Notes under the pieces: generated by a model | Database searches by the model: none | Seen by the model: only the letters and a program-made list of their open reading frames with translations | What the model was told of the DNA's origin: nothing | Translations under genes and position numbers: made by a program | Part shown: in pieces, positions 9,522 to 19,599 of the stretch | Layout of the letters: every line of letters begins with the position of its first letter | Position numbering within the stretch: the first letter of the stretch is position 1 | Source of the DNA: Polyangia bacterium | Lineage (GTDB): Bacteria > Myxococcota_A > Polyangia > Nannocystales > Nannocystaceae | Length of the DNA stretch: 64,000 bases | Direction of reading: 5' to 3' | Assembly (NCBI GenBank): GCA_030429545.1 | Contig: JAUIFF010000001.1 | Location: 211,599 to 275,598, forward strand

Positions 9522-9940
9522 ACGGGAAGGGCACACACCTCAAGTTCGCCGGGCTCGGGATCCTCCTCGGTTACTCGCTGTCACGGATCGGTTTTGCCGA
9601 CTACGGTGAAGTCCACCGGATGTTTACGTTCGCGGACACGCGCCTGTTTTTCACTTTCTGCGCGGCGGTTGTCGCCTCGGCACTCGGTTTCTTCGTGTTT
9701 CGCCGGATGACCGAGGGGTGGGGCAAAAAGCGGTTTCATCCGGGGATTATTCCCGGCGGCGCCATTTTTGGACTCGGGTGGGCGCTGTCGGGCGCATGCC
9801 CGGCAATCGTGTTGGTACAACTAGGCGAAGGCAAGATACTCGCGCTCACCACACTGCTTGCCATCATGCTCGGCAACTGGTTATACGGTCGGATACACCG
9901 GCGATTTTTCCGATGGGAGACAGGTTCCTGTGGGATCTGA
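9518..9940 (+). CDS. YeeE/YedE family membrane protein, second half
   Basis: Membrane protein with a GWALSGACP motif. Its ATG overlaps the preceding stop (ATGA), consistent with a split two-gene YeeE/YedE arrangement. Confidence 0.7.
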   Translation: MNGKGTHLKFAGLGILLGYSLSRIGFADYGEVHRMFTFADTRLFFTFCAAVVASALGFFVFRRMTEGWGKKRFHPGIIPGGAIFGLGWALSGACPAIVLVQLGEGKILALTTLLAIMLGNWLYGRIHRRFFRWETGSCGI

Positions 9941-10216
9941 GCTCCACTTTTTACGAAGGGCCAAGCCCGTGGCGAAGTCAAATACCTGTCCCAACAAGGA
10001 AAGCTGCCAGTTGTTTCCCCTCTTTCGCCTGCGCTCGAGCCTGCAGTACTGGATGGAGGTCTACTGCGACGCGGATTACCGCCGGTGCGTGCGTTACCAA
10101 CGGGCCTGCGAAGGCAGCATGCCGCCGCCGAATATCTTGCCCAACGGCAAGGATATCCACAAGCTGACGCGTTAGGCGACCTTGCTGCCCCAGTCGGTGC
10201 TGGGGCGTCGACCTAC

Positions 10217-11251
10217 TCACTCGCCAATCGTAATTGTCCGACGAATCTCATCGGTCTTAAACCCCAGCGCCATTGGCCGCGTAACCCCCGGCAATACGGC
10301 GACATCGTAGAGCTCCTTCACCAGCCCCTCAAACCGCAACCAGTGGACCACATCCCCCGTCCGCAGGTCGACGATTTGCAGGCCGCACCGCGCCGTAGCT
10401 TGCTTTTCGGCCAGGCGCTCACCGAGTTCTAAGTCGCCAAAGGTCCGATCGCGGCGCAGCCCGGACACGCCGATCAATGCATAGTCACCGACAAACGTAA
10501 GCCCGCGGGCAAAGCCCGGCAAAAACGTCACGCGCTCGAAGTTGCCGTTGTTGTCGATAAAACCCAAGTGCCCAGAACCGGCTTCTAGCAGCCACAGGCG
10601 GCCGTTGTGATAGCGCGGGGAGTGGGGCATCGACAGCCCCGCGGCCAGTACGTCGCCGCTTGGGACCGAAAGTACGACCCCTCCTCCGCGCCGAAAATCT
10701 CGCCAGCCGTCTGCCACATCGCTGCGGCTCACGGCTGTCACGGCGGCTGGCTTGCCGTCTTTCATGGCCATGCCGTTGAGGTGGCAGCGATCCTCGGCCG
10801 CGAGCCGGCTGATAAACGGAGGTTGCCACACCGGGACAAAGCTGTGGGTTTCGCTGGTGGTCGCCAGGCAGCTAAAAAGTGTATTGACAAATATCAGGCG
10901 GCCGTCGCTGTCGAGGCCGATGTCATGGACATCGAGGTCGCCGGTGATGTAGCTCAGCCGCGGCACGTATAGGCGGTCGTAACCCTGGTGCACACGACCG
11001 CTGGGCAGCGCATTTTCAAAGCGCCAAAGTTGGTAAAGCGAGCTCATCCACAGGGTTTGGTCGGTCGCACACAGGCCCATGCAGCGGTTAAACGTGCGCT
11101 CAAATACCGACAACCGGCCGTCGGGTTGCAGCCCGAGCAGGAACAACTTGCCTGCCTGATAGGTCGTACATGCGAGGCTGAGGTTGTGCTCAGCCATCCA
11201 CGAGGGGAGTTGGCGCGAACCGGTGATCGTCAGCGGGGCAGCGGCGGACAC
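10217..11251 (-). CDS. Conserved hypothetical beta-propeller-like protein (TIGR03032/DUF4915-like, tentative)
   Basis: 344 aa with repeated DG/GRL blades (DSDGRLIFVNT, HNGRLWLLEAGSGHLGFIDNNGN). The family assignment is from memory. Confidence 0.45.
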   Translation of the reverse strand: MSAAAPLTITGSRQLPSWMAEHNLSLACTTYQAGKLFLLGLQPDGRLSVFERTFNRCMGLCATDQTLWMSSLYQLWRFENALPSGRVHQGYDRLYVPRLSYITGDLDVHDIGLDSDGRLIFVNTLFSCLATTSETHSFVPVWQPPFISRLAAEDRCHLNGMAMKDGKPAAVTAVSRSDVADGWRDFRRGGGVVLSVPSGDVLAAGLSMPHSPRYHNGRLWLLEAGSGHLGFIDNNGNFERVTFLPGFARGLTFVGDYALIGVSGLRRDRTFGDLELGERLAEKQATARCGLQIVDLRTGDVVHWLRFEGLVKELYDVAVLPGVTRPMALGFKTDEIRRTITIGE

Positions 11252-11310
11252 CGGGGGAGGGTAACGTGAAAATTCGGGCTTGTGCGAATGGATGGGCTAC
11301 CGTAGGTCCG

Positions 11311-12246
11311 ATGCCCCGCGCACAACGCCCGAGTTTGACAGCAGTCAAGGTCGCTCGCGTCCTTGTCCATCTCGGTCACCGCCGAGCCTACGCCCCGCTG
11401 TTACCCGCAGGCGCTGCTGAGCGGACCCAGCAGTTGTTGTTGCAAGCCGGACTGCTGAAACCGTGGATGGTCCGGTGGATGCAACGGCCCGCCTACAACC
11501 GGGCGCTCGAGCAGATCGGCGACTGGTTTAGCCCCGGTCAGGCCGTGCGGATCGGGCTGCGCAAGCGGTTGATCGACGATGAAGTCCGGGACGCTCTCAA
11601 CCGGGGCGCGACTCAGGTATTGGTGGTTGGGGCCGGGTTTGACACGCTGTGTTCCCGGCTTGCTGGCGAATATCCGGCTTGCCGGTTTGTCGAGATTGAC
11701 CACCCGGCAACCCATGGCGTGAAGCGAAACGCGATGCAAGCACTCGGATGGGTCCGCCCAAACCTCGAGTTACTCGGTGTCGACCTTTCACAGGTCGCGC
11801 TGTCCGAAGCCCTGTTGCGCCACATCCCTGCGTGGGACCGGAGTCGACAAACTGTGGTCGTCGCCGAGGGATTATTGATGTACTTACATAGACATCATGT
11901 CGCGCGTTTTTTTGGGGAGGTTCACACACTCACCCGGGCCGGCTCGCTCGTCGTGTTTTCCTATCTCAAAAGTGATGCGAACGGCCGGCCCTACACCGGG
12001 CGTGTTGGCTGGTTGACGCGTGCGTCACTGGCCTTGATGGGTGAGGGTTTACACTGGTCCGTCGCCTCGACCGAGGCATTGGCAACATTTGTGGAAACAT
12101 CCGGGTTTGCCCTCGAGTCCGAACCGGCCCGGTTTGACCTGGGCGTACGCTACCTCGTACCAGCTGGGATCGAGCAGGCTGGCGCGGCACCGTTTGAGTT
12201 TTTGGCGGTTGCCCGGCACAGGACCGAGTCATCACGGCCGATCTAG
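11311..12246 (+). CDS. Class I SAM-dependent methyltransferase (leucine carboxyl methyltransferase / TIGR00027-like)
   Basis: SAM-binding VVVGAGFDT block and a family-typical N-terminus (SLTAVKVARV...). Start placed at an internal ATG because the longer ORF would nearly abut the divergent upstream gene. Confidence 0.75.
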   Translation: MPRAQRPSLTAVKVARVLVHLGHRRAYAPLLPAGAAERTQQLLLQAGLLKPWMVRWMQRPAYNRALEQIGDWFSPGQAVRIGLRKRLIDDEVRDALNRGATQVLVVGAGFDTLCSRLAGEYPACRFVEIDHPATHGVKRNAMQALGWVRPNLELLGVDLSQVALSEALLRHIPAWDRSRQTVVVAEGLLMYLHRHHVARFFGEVHTLTRAGSLVVFSYLKSDANGRPYTGRVGWLTRASLALMGEGLHWSVASTEALATFVETSGFALESEPARFDLGVRYLVPAGIEQAGAAPFEFLAVARHRTESSRPI

Positions 12247-13007
12247 CGCCGGACCCGAATACACTTTGTCCAGCCATTGGGGCCCCGGCTGCAGGCTGAA
12301 TCGACACAGCAAATATCGACGCATACGTTTCCATTGCATGTACATCCACTGTCGAGCCTCGCGCCGTCGGTACAGGCGTTGCTCGGTTTTTTGGCCTCGG
12401 TGGTCACCGGTTCAGCGATCGGATCGATTTGCAGCAACTCGTAGCGCTTGCCCGGCTCTTTTTTGAATGGGTCGACAAGTGCACCCGAGCGCCGTAGCCC
12501 GGCGCTGCGCAGTTTGAGTGTGTAGGTCACCCCCTCGGTCCAGCGAAACCCGCGGGTTTTCGTGGGTGGCATCTCTGGGCAACTCACGCCCACGTAGAGT
12601 TCTGAGTCGTCCAAATGCCCGGTGATGACCTCCTCGACCTCAAACTTCATGACCAGCTTGATGTGGAGGACACCGCAGTGGGGAACCGAGTGCCCCCGGT
12701 CGACAAGGCGCGCTCGCACGCTAAAGGTTGGGCCGGTGGTTTGTTTGGGTCCGAACAGGTCCCCGGCCAGCTGCGTCGTTTCGCTTGCATCTACATCAGT
12801 TGCATCGCCAACTGTCGTTGTCGGGCTCGAGTCGGATAACCCGGCTGTGGTTGATGAGGTGGGCTCGTCCCCAGTATCAGACGATGGCGCGGGTTCGGTT
12901 ATGTTGCCAGCCGGCGGGATATCGGGAGCTGGGTTCGACGATGGCGGGGTAGCAGGGGAGCAGGCGAGGGCGCCCACCACAAATCCGGCGATAAGCTTTG
13001 GGGACAT
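12243..13007 (-). CDS. Hypothetical lipoprotein with Ser/Thr/Pro-rich linker and Cys-rich C-terminus
   Basis: Start placed at MSPKLIAGFVVGALACSP (lipobox ALAC). The longer ORF overlaps the neighbouring gene. C-terminal CTCNGNVCVDICCVDSAC. Confidence 0.55.
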   Translation of the reverse strand: MSPKLIAGFVVGALACSPATPPSSNPAPDIPPAGNITEPAPSSDTGDEPTSSTTAGLSDSSPTTTVGDATDVDASETTQLAGDLFGPKQTTGPTFSVRARLVDRGHSVPHCGVLHIKLVMKFEVEEVITGHLDDSELYVGVSCPEMPPTKTRGFRWTEGVTYTLKLRSAGLRRSGALVDPFKKEPGKRYELLQIDPIAEPVTTEAKKPSNACTDGARLDSGCTCNGNVCVDICCVDSACSRGPNGWTKCIRVRR

Positions 13008-13087
13008 GCTGTCGAGCAGGCCTCGCCTCACGATGTTGAGGGTACACCCTCCCAACCGCTGATTGCGTGGGGTCGCTTGAGGCAAAG

Positions 13088-13942
13088 TTATCGACGCCAC
13101 GGCCGTGGCAGCAGCCGCGGTGTCGACTGCTGGTAGTCGGCGTACTCGGGGTACTTGCCCAGCGAGATCGATTCGGTGAATGCTGTCGACCCCTGAAACA
13201 GCGCGGTGAGGAGCACCGGGCCGAGCAGCGACAGGTTTTGCCAACCCGCCCCGGCGGCGACCGAGAACAGAAAAAAGCTCCACCAAATCGAAATCTCGCA
13301 GACAAAGTTGGGATGGCGAACAATGCCGAACAGCCCGGTTGTGCAAAACTGCGGACCGCTTTCGCCACGTTGTTTTCGCGCCGCCTTTTGCCGATGAAAC
13401 CGCCACTGTTGTTCGTCGGCGACCGTCTCGCCCACCAAGAACAACACAAACAAGACCGTGGCGATGGTGTCCAGTGGGCCCCACGGCGTGGCCTGCCCGA
13501 GCCACGCGTAGTAGGCCGGCGCCGCGATCAAAAACAGCAGCACATTTTGAAACGCGGCGATGAACACCAGGTTAAACAGGCGAAATTGCCAGGGCGACAT
13601 GCGTTGGCGCAGCACAGCCCAGCGATAATCCTCGCCACCGCTGGCGTAGCCACCCTTGCGGGCAAAGTTGTAGGTCAGGCGACCGCCCCAAAGCGCAGCT
13701 AGGAGCGCCATCGTCAGCAGTCGGGGATCGGTAAAACCTGTCTGGGCGGCAAACCAGGTGACATAGGCCGGTGGTAGCAACGACCACAGGCGATCGACCC
13801 ACGAGTGCTCGCCGGTAACCTCGGCGACGATCCAACAAAAGGCTGCGGCGACACAGACCCCGGCGATGGCAACTTCGAGCGGAGACACGGCGGATCTATA
13901 AACCATTTTCCGCGGGTGCGTCAGCGCTCCAGGCCCGGTCAT
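13088..13942 (-). CDS. DUF1295 family membrane protein (steroid 5-alpha-reductase/ICMT-like fold)
   Basis: Polytopic membrane protein with the GLFGIVRHPNF motif characteristic of DUF1295. Start ambiguous; an alternative Met lies at 13906. Confidence 0.7.
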   Translation of the reverse strand: MTGPGALTHPRKMVYRSAVSPLEVAIAGVCVAAAFCWIVAEVTGEHSWVDRLWSLLPPAYVTWFAAQTGFTDPRLLTMALLAALWGGRLTYNFARKGGYASGGEDYRWAVLRQRMSPWQFRLFNLVFIAAFQNVLLFLIAAPAYYAWLGQATPWGPLDTIATVLFVLFLVGETVADEQQWRFHRQKAARKQRGESGPQFCTTGLFGIVRHPNFVCEISIWWSFFLFSVAAGAGWQNLSLLGPVLLTALFQGSTAFTESISLGKYPEYADYQQSTPRLLPRPWRR

Positions 13943-13943
13943 C

Positions 13944-14525
13944 GTGTCTTCGCAAAAACTACCCGGCCCGGATCTTGCTTTGGTGACGGGTATGCACCAC
14001 ACCCAACCCTACCGGTTTGCGACCCGACTCCCCGATACACCGGTTGTTTGCCCCTATTGTCGGCGGGCGTTTGCGATCGAGTTGCCAAACCGCGATGTCA
14101 GCCTGACAACCTGTCCACACGGTGCGTGCCAAGCTGTCGCCCTGATCTGCCAGCGCTGGGCTGCCGGGGGAGCGCGTCAGGGTTGTCTTGCGACCTCGCT
14201 CGCCACGTTTACCCGCGACTTCGGGCCCCGGTGTCCACGGCTCGACGGTTGGATGGTGTTCTTTGGCATGTTCCTCGGTGCGCCGCTGTTTTTTAGCTGG
14301 CGCGCATTTTCTTTGCATAGTCAAGATCCATGCCTGCCGTTTTTGTTGGTGGCGTTCGTGCCAGCCCTGCTCCTCGGAACCATAGGCCTAGGCGCTGTTG
14401 CCTTGGATACGCGTGAACTGTGGAAAAACCGGCGTAGGGTTCGACGGGCGAGGGCCTGCGGATTTGCCCGGGCAAAGTGGGTGGCGAGCAGCGTCGAGCT
14501 CCCCGAGTCCACACCGGTGGCGTGA
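13944..14525 (+). CDS. Hypothetical Cys-rich membrane protein
   Basis: 193-aa ORF with CPYC...CPHGAC (zinc-ribbon-like) followed by two hydrophobic segments. No family recognised. Confidence 0.35.
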   Translation: MSSQKLPGPDLALVTGMHHTQPYRFATRLPDTPVVCPYCRRAFAIELPNRDVSLTTCPHGACQAVALICQRWAAGGARQGCLATSLATFTRDFGPRCPRLDGWMVFFGMFLGAPLFFSWRAFSLHSQDPCLPFLLVAFVPALLLGTIGLGAVALDTRELWKNRRRVRRARACGFARAKWVASSVELPESTPVA

Positions 14526-14694
14526 GTACGAACCCCACTTTGGGTCGCTAACCCCCGTGGTCTGTGCAAGCTTATGCACCTACATGCAATTGGCGCGGCT
14601 TCGCGGTTGATGTGCCGAACTGCCTAGTCTGCGAACCAACTCAGCCCAAGTCCGCTAGTCGTGAATGTGCTACGCTCGCGCGCAGCCCAACCGT

Positions 14695-15279
14695 ATGCCC
14701 GCCTCACGCAAGAACATCGTCTCCTGTTTTCTGTTTGCCTGGTTTTGTGCAGCGACAATCGGCCCGATTGGCGACCACTACCACGTGGCGACCGGCGTGA
14801 CCGAGTACTTTACCGACTTTGGCCCGATCTGGTTTGGCAACAGCCCGTTGTGGTTTGTGCTGCTGGTGACAGGTTTGATGGCTCCACTGGCGGTTTTTCA
14901 GGGGCTACTTGGGGTATCAAAACGGCGCGCCGCAGACGTCGTGGTGTTCTCCTCGCCGGTGGTCGTGTTGGCGGCCTACCTGCTGACTAGTTTTTACCCG
15001 TGGCGCGAGGGAGGGTCGCTTGAGGCCATCATGGTCGTGATTGCGGTGGTGACCTATCGTGCACTCGACCGCACCCGGTTTGGTCTTGTTGTCGGTGCTG
15101 TTGTGGCGATTGGCGCCTCGATGTTTGAATGGATGCTTGTACAAGCACACGTTTTTCGCTACCTGCCGGAGTCCGATGAGATGTTCGGGGTAGCGCCCTG
15201 GCTTTTGCCGCTGTACTTCACCGCTTCGGTCGCTGTGGGGGCCGTCGGTCGGCGGTGGCTCGGTGGCCGTGATGCGTAG
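14695..15279 (+). CDS. Hypothetical integral membrane protein
   Basis: ORF with 5-6 hydrophobic helices; no recognisable family. Confidence 0.45.
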   Translation: MPASRKNIVSCFLFAWFCAATIGPIGDHYHVATGVTEYFTDFGPIWFGNSPLWFVLLVTGLMAPLAVFQGLLGVSKRRAADVVVFSSPVVVLAAYLLTSFYPWREGGSLEAIMVVIAVVTYRALDRTRFGLVVGAVVAIGASMFEWMLVQAHVFRYLPESDEMFGVAPWLLPLYFTASVAVGAVGRRWLGGRDA

Positions 15280-15284
15280 CCTGT

Positions 15285-15659
15285 TTAGGCAGCATCCCAC
15301 AAGCCGTAGATCGCCGGGATCGCGACAATGACAAACAGCAGCCACTGGGGCATGGCAGACGTCGGTTGTCGTTTCCACACGATAAGCAACAAGCCCCAGC
15401 CGGCAAACCCGAGGATCAACGCGGTGACCAACACCGCAACATCGTAGCCGCCGGGCGAAAGCGCGGCGTAAAGGAAACCGGCTGCGCAGGCACCAAGCGT
15501 CAGTGTCACCACGTGCCAACAGTAATAATTGGTCAGCTTTGCGACCTCGTCCATGTTGGCTGCTAGCAGCGGGCGGGCAACCGTCGGACCTCCGAGAAAG
15601 GTGTGGATCGCCCAAACCAAAGCGGTGAGGACCGAGGCAAGCAAAAACCCGATGTTCAT
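15285..15659 (-). CDS. Hypothetical small membrane protein
   Basis: Start placed at MNIGFLLASVL to avoid overlap with the upstream gene; 3-4 transmembrane helices. Confidence 0.4.
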   Translation of the reverse strand: MNIGFLLASVLTALVWAIHTFLGGPTVARPLLAANMDEVAKLTNYYCWHVVTLTLGACAAGFLYAALSPGGYDVAVLVTALILGFAGWGLLLIVWKRQPTSAMPQWLLFVIVAIPAIYGLWDAA

Positions 15660-15669
15660 CAAGCCGACT

Positions 15670-17328
15670 CTACCGCACCCAAATCGCATAGGTGCCGGTA
15701 TTTTGCTGTGCAGTACTGCCCATGTCGCCACATTCGGCGGTAAAGCCAACACTCCAACCATCGGGCCCGTAGGAGGTCCCAAACGCGACCGAGACGATCG
15801 AGTCTCCCTGGGTCAGGTTGTTGGGGTTATTGAGGAAGTCGGTGTAACAAAAGCCGAACTGCGCGCCCGCACTGTTGCCCTCTGAATAGTCGCAAAGGTA
15901 GTGGCCACTGTTGTGGGTGTCGGGCTCATTGTCATGCCAAATGGTCGCCTGCGAGAATGAGTTGGACGTGTCGTCCACCGTATAGGACGTCCCATTGACC
16001 GTGCTTCCGTGGAGCGCGTCGGATCCATTTTGTGATGCATATGCATTTACCTGGGCAAAGTTCTCCCATGCAATATCACTGTTGGCGAGTGCACAGGTCA
16101 TGCGAATATCGTCCCAGGCCCCGCTGAGTTGGGCCATATCAACCGCTCCCTGGTGCCCTAGCAAGGTCAGGCCCGCGGTTTCGGCGGTGATGTTGTTGTC
16201 AATAATGTCGTAGGTCCAGTTTTCGGTGGTCCAGGTATTGTGGCCAAACAGGTTGATAAACTGGCTTTCGTTGAGGCCATTGGGGCTACCACCCATATCG
16301 AACACGTGGAAGACAAGGGTCCAGCCGCCGCCGTCGGTTTCCATGTCGCAGGTGAAGGGGAGTGGGTCTAGGCCGCCTTCGCCATCGATGTCGAGCGGGT
16401 AGTCGCCTGAGGGCAGTTGCGGGTCTAGGTCGAGTAGCTCCGCACAGGTGCGTGTGATGGTACAAGTATCTCCGGCACAGATGCCCTCGGCGCAGTCATC
16501 ATCGCTGGCACACGCCCCTCCCAAATCACAGGCTTCACAGCTACCGCCACAGTCGAGGTCGGATTCGTCGCCGCTTAGCAGGCCATCATCACAGGCCGGG
16601 GCAGCACAGACTTCGGTACAGGTGTCGGTATTGTCGGCGTTGCCATCGTCACAGCTCTCAACACCTTCTTGGACAAAGCCGTCGCCACAGGCCGCGGCGG
16701 CACACGTATCGAGGCAGGCGTCGGTATTGTCGGTGTTGCCATCGTCGCAGGCTTCACCCTCTTGGACCACGCCATCGCCACATGAGGCGAGCGCACAGGC
16801 ATTCGTACAGGCGTCGTCGTCGACATCGTTGCCATCGTCGCAACCTTCACCCGGTCCGACGTGTCCGTCTCCGCATGTTGCAGCGAGGCATGTGTCGATG
16901 CAGGCATCGGAGTTGTCGTCGTTGGCGTCGTCGCACTCTTCGACGCCCGCTTGCACGAACCCGTCGCCACATTGCGCAGCCACGCACCCTTCGACGCATG
17001 CGTCCTCATTGTTGTCGTTGCCGTCGTCGCATGCCTCACCGTCATCGAGATTGCCATCACCGCACACGGGGGGCGCCTCGGTAGTCGCCTCGGTCGGGTC
17101 ATCGGTCGGATCGTCGGTGGTTTCGCTGTCGCTGTTGCTGTCGCTCCCAGGGCCAGCTGTGTCGTCGGTGGTACTTGTGGTCGGTGCTTCGGTCGTCCCG
17201 GGATCGGTGGTTTCTTCACCCGTTGTTGAGCCGGTTTCGCTGTCACTCGAGGTTTCCTCCCCACCTCCGCAGGCCCCGGCCCAGATGAGGATGGTGGACA
17301 ACAACAGTTCTCGAGTTGGCAGGTGCAT
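15670..17328 (-). CDS. Secreted lipoprotein with Myxococcus-type cysteine-rich repeats and a C-terminal fibrinogen-like domain
   Basis: Signal/lipobox [10 protein letters not shown] and an acidic Thr-rich linker. Seven or more CGDGxxDxGExCDDGNxxNxDxC repeats (TIGR02232-type). Then [15 protein letters not shown] and a globular domain typical of fibrinogen C-terminal domains. Confidence 0.8.
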   Translation of the reverse strand: MHLPTRELLLSTILIWAGACGGGEETSSDSETGSTTGEETTDPGTTEAPTTSTTDDTAGPGSDSNSDSETTDDPTDDPTEATTEAPPVCGDGNLDDGEACDDGNDNNEDACVEGCVAAQCGDGFVQAGVEECDDANDDNSDACIDTCLAATCGDGHVGPGEGCDDGNDVDDDACTNACALASCGDGVVQEGEACDDGNTDNTDACLDTCAAAACGDGFVQEGVESCDDGNADNTDTCTEVCAAPACDDGLLSGDESDLDCGGSCEACDLGGACASDDDCAEGICAGDTCTITRTCAELLDLDPQLPSGDYPLDIDGEGGLDPLPFTCDMETDGGGWTLVFHVFDMGGSPNGLNESQFINLFGHNTWTTENWTYDIIDNNITAETAGLTLLGHQGAVDMAQLSGAWDDIRMTCALANSDIAWENFAQVNAYASQNGSDALHGSTVNGTSYTVDDTSNSFSQATIWHDNEPDTHNSGHYLCDYSEGNSAGAQFGFCYTDFLNNPNNLTQGDSIVSVAFGTSYGPDGWSVGFTAECGDMGSTAQQNTGTYAIWVR

Positions 17329-17440
17329 GCCGCGAGTGTGCAGAGCTCGGCCCGAGCTGTAAATGGATATGTCCCATTGGACATGTTAAATGTCCGACAC
17401 GTCGGGTCGGATACGCAGGCCCGCAGGCCGCTACGATGTG

Positions 17441-17722
17441 GTTGTCGTCGTCGCCTGGCAAACTTGCGTGCTGCAACGACGGTTTGATAGGGTCGTGTTG
17501 CTTCGCACCAAAGTGTATAGGCATCTAGTATGAAAGCGCGTTGGCTTGGCCCCGTCCTACTCGCCGAACACCGGAATCAGCTGTCGTCGTCGCTCGGCAA
17601 ACTTGCGCGCTGCAACGGCGGTAAAACACGGTCGTGCTGCTTCGCGCCAAAGTGAAGGCATCTAGTATGAAGGCGCGTTGGCTTGGCCCCGGCCTACTCG
17701 CCGAACACCCGAATCAGCTCGA
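17441..17722. repeat. Tandem duplication of a ~140-bp unit in the intergenic region upstream of the cysteine-rich-repeat lipoprotein gene
   Basis: Two ~85%-identical copies (tcgtcgtcgc..ggcaaacttgcg.gctgcaacg...catctagtatgaa.gcgcgttggcttggcccc...). Each carries a short ORF starting MKARWLGP. Confidence 0.7.
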
Positions 17723-17871
17723 GACCCTGCGGTGTTTTTCGCAGCAAACACGAGAAATTTGCCCCAGGACATCAACTTCATCGGGTGCAGCGTTGGTCGA
17801 CACGTCGGTTGCTCAGATATAGCGCAGATTTTCGATTTCGGGTGATTGGCCTGCTCACGTGTTCGCTGGCG

Positions 17872-19599
17872 TCATTGCTTGACCACGAGGACAACAAGCA
17901 CCAAGAAACCCTTTTGCTCGCCGCTGGCAATCGGGGCGATGCCAATACCCACGGTGTCTCCGAGGTCTTCGCGCCACAGGTCGAGGGTTTGGAGGCTGTC
18001 AAACCGCCCGCCGATGACCATGTGCTGGCTGACTTCGCGGTACTTGATGGTGGGCAACTTGCTCTCGAACGTTTTTGTTGCTTCTGCAAGTTTTCCGGCG
18101 GCCCGACCCTCGGCCAAAATCTGGGCGAGGGTATCGGCCTCGTCGAGCCAGGTCGCGGGCGCAACCCCGGCCTGCTTTCGCAACCCGTCGACCTGCTGTC
18201 GCAGCGCCTTGACCGGGTCTTTGGGGATATCCGCTCCCGGGGCGAGGTAGTAGTTTTGGGTGACATAAAGCGGCCGCGGGGCATCGGCTACCGGTGAGAT
18301 CGGGTCGCCAATGACCACGCCAATTCCCACGTGGCTGATATCGTCGGCGACAATGTTGACCCGGTGGCCAGGGCTGCGCATCAACCCTTCGTGGATCCCA
18401 CGTGGACCTGTTCCAAGGGCAATGTTTTCGCGGATCACCGGGTAGCTCAAACCCGCGGCTTCAAATCGATTGTCGACCTCTCCGGTACTGGGTGAGCGAT
18501 GCCCAACAAATCCGGTCGCAAACATGTCGCGGCTGTGGGCCCTGGCAACCTCGGCAACCCTGGCGTCCCACTGCAACGGCGCAAGCCCACGTTGTGCCCG
18601 GGTAGCGTTGATGTACTCGAGGCCAGCCCGCTCTAGGTCGGCCACCGAAACCCCGGGCGAGACCCGTTCGATCACCATGTCAATCGAGTCGGGGAGGGGT
18701 TCACTGCAGTACACTGGAAAGTTGGCGACGACCTCCGGCCCGGTTTTGCCGTCACCAAACACTTCGATTTGGTAACGGCCTTTACGCGCACACAGGACCT
18801 GGGCCGCAAACGCCTCGCCGGTCCCCTGGGTTGGAATCGATGTCCATACACCTTTTGGATCGATCACATCGATCCGCGGCTGTGTCCGCCCGCCGAGCAG
18901 CGAACCTCGAACGTTGACCGTATCGCCGCGTTGGTGGCTGACATCGATAGGGTCGAGCTTGATCCCGTCGAGCGCCATCAGACCGACGAGCAGGGTGCTG
19001 CCGTCTGGGCGCCGGGCCGCGCCAGCGCCGATCTGCGACCACTCGGCGTCGTAGACCCGCATCGCCTCTTTGATGAGTGTGGCCACGCCATCGGCACAGG
19101 CTCCAGCCCGTTCGTCTGCGACACAGTCGCCGGCTCCGGCCGGAATCTCGAGCGACACGACCTTGGGCGAGGGGCCTGTGAGGCCGGCCCACGAAAGTAA
19201 CCCCTCGACCAACGAGGCGGGGATTGTTAAGCGGTCGGGGGCGTGGGCGGCCAACACCCGGGCGGCCCTAGACAGGCGAGGATCGTGGCGGCCCCCCTTG
19301 CGCGAAAGCTTTTTGACGATGGTTTGCTCGACCGCCAGGAGCTCGTAGTCTGAGCTCCCGTCGGGGGCATAGACGGACGCATGCACTCCCGGCAGGGCGA
19401 TGGTGGTCTCACTGACTTCGATACCCTTGACCGGCCTCGGTGCGCGAACTTTTGCCGAAGGGCCCTTGCCCGTGGGACCGCAGCTGCCCAGGATAAGTGC
19501 TGATACAACAGTAACGAGGCCAAGCCTTGGGACCCGGCGCGTGTGCACGTTCGGTTGGTGCCGGTCGGCTTTCTTGTTGTGCGGCGTAGGGTGTTTCAT
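17872..19599 (-). CDS. CAP-domain (SCP/PR-1-like) lipoprotein
   Basis: Start placed at MKHPTPHNK..., with lipobox LILGSCG. C-terminal third carries CAP-superfamily blocks (GHRSPSTGEVDNRFEAAGLSY...ENIALG, HRVNIV). Confidence 0.7.
   Translation of the reverse strand: MKHPTPHNKKADRHQPNVHTRRVPRLGLVTVVSALILGSCGPTGKGPSAKVRAPRPVKGIEVSETTIALPGVHASVYAPDGSSDYELLAVEQTIVKKLSRKGGRHDPRLSRAARVLAAHAPDRLTIPASLVEGLLSWAGLTGPSPKVVSLEIPAGAGDCVADERAGACADGVATLIKEAMRVYDAEWSQIGAGAARRPDGSTLLVGLMALDGIKLDPIDVSHQRGDTVNVRGSLLGGRTQPRIDVIDPKGVWTSIPTQGTGEAFAAQVLCARKGRYQIEVFGDGKTGPEVVANFPVYCSEPLPDSIDMVIERVSPGVSVADLERAGLEYINATRAQRGLAPLQWDARVAEVARAHSRDMFATGFVGHRSPSTGEVDNRFEAAGLSYPVIRENIALGTGPRGIHEGLMRSPGHRVNIVADDISHVGIGVVIGDPISPVADAPRPLYVTQNYYLAPGADIPKDPVKALRQQVDGLRKQAGVAPATWLDEADTLAQILAEGRAAGKLAEATKTFESKLPTIKYREVSQHMVIGGRFDSLQTLDLWREDLGDTVGIGIAPIASGEQKGFLVLVVLVVKQ

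Noticed and set aside
16448-17384. 304-aa plus-strand and 269-aa minus-strand ORFs within the cysteine-rich-repeat gene
   Set aside because: Antisense or shifted frames over a strongly supported gene; Ser/Pro/Ala-rich low-complexity translations typical of GC-rich artefacts.
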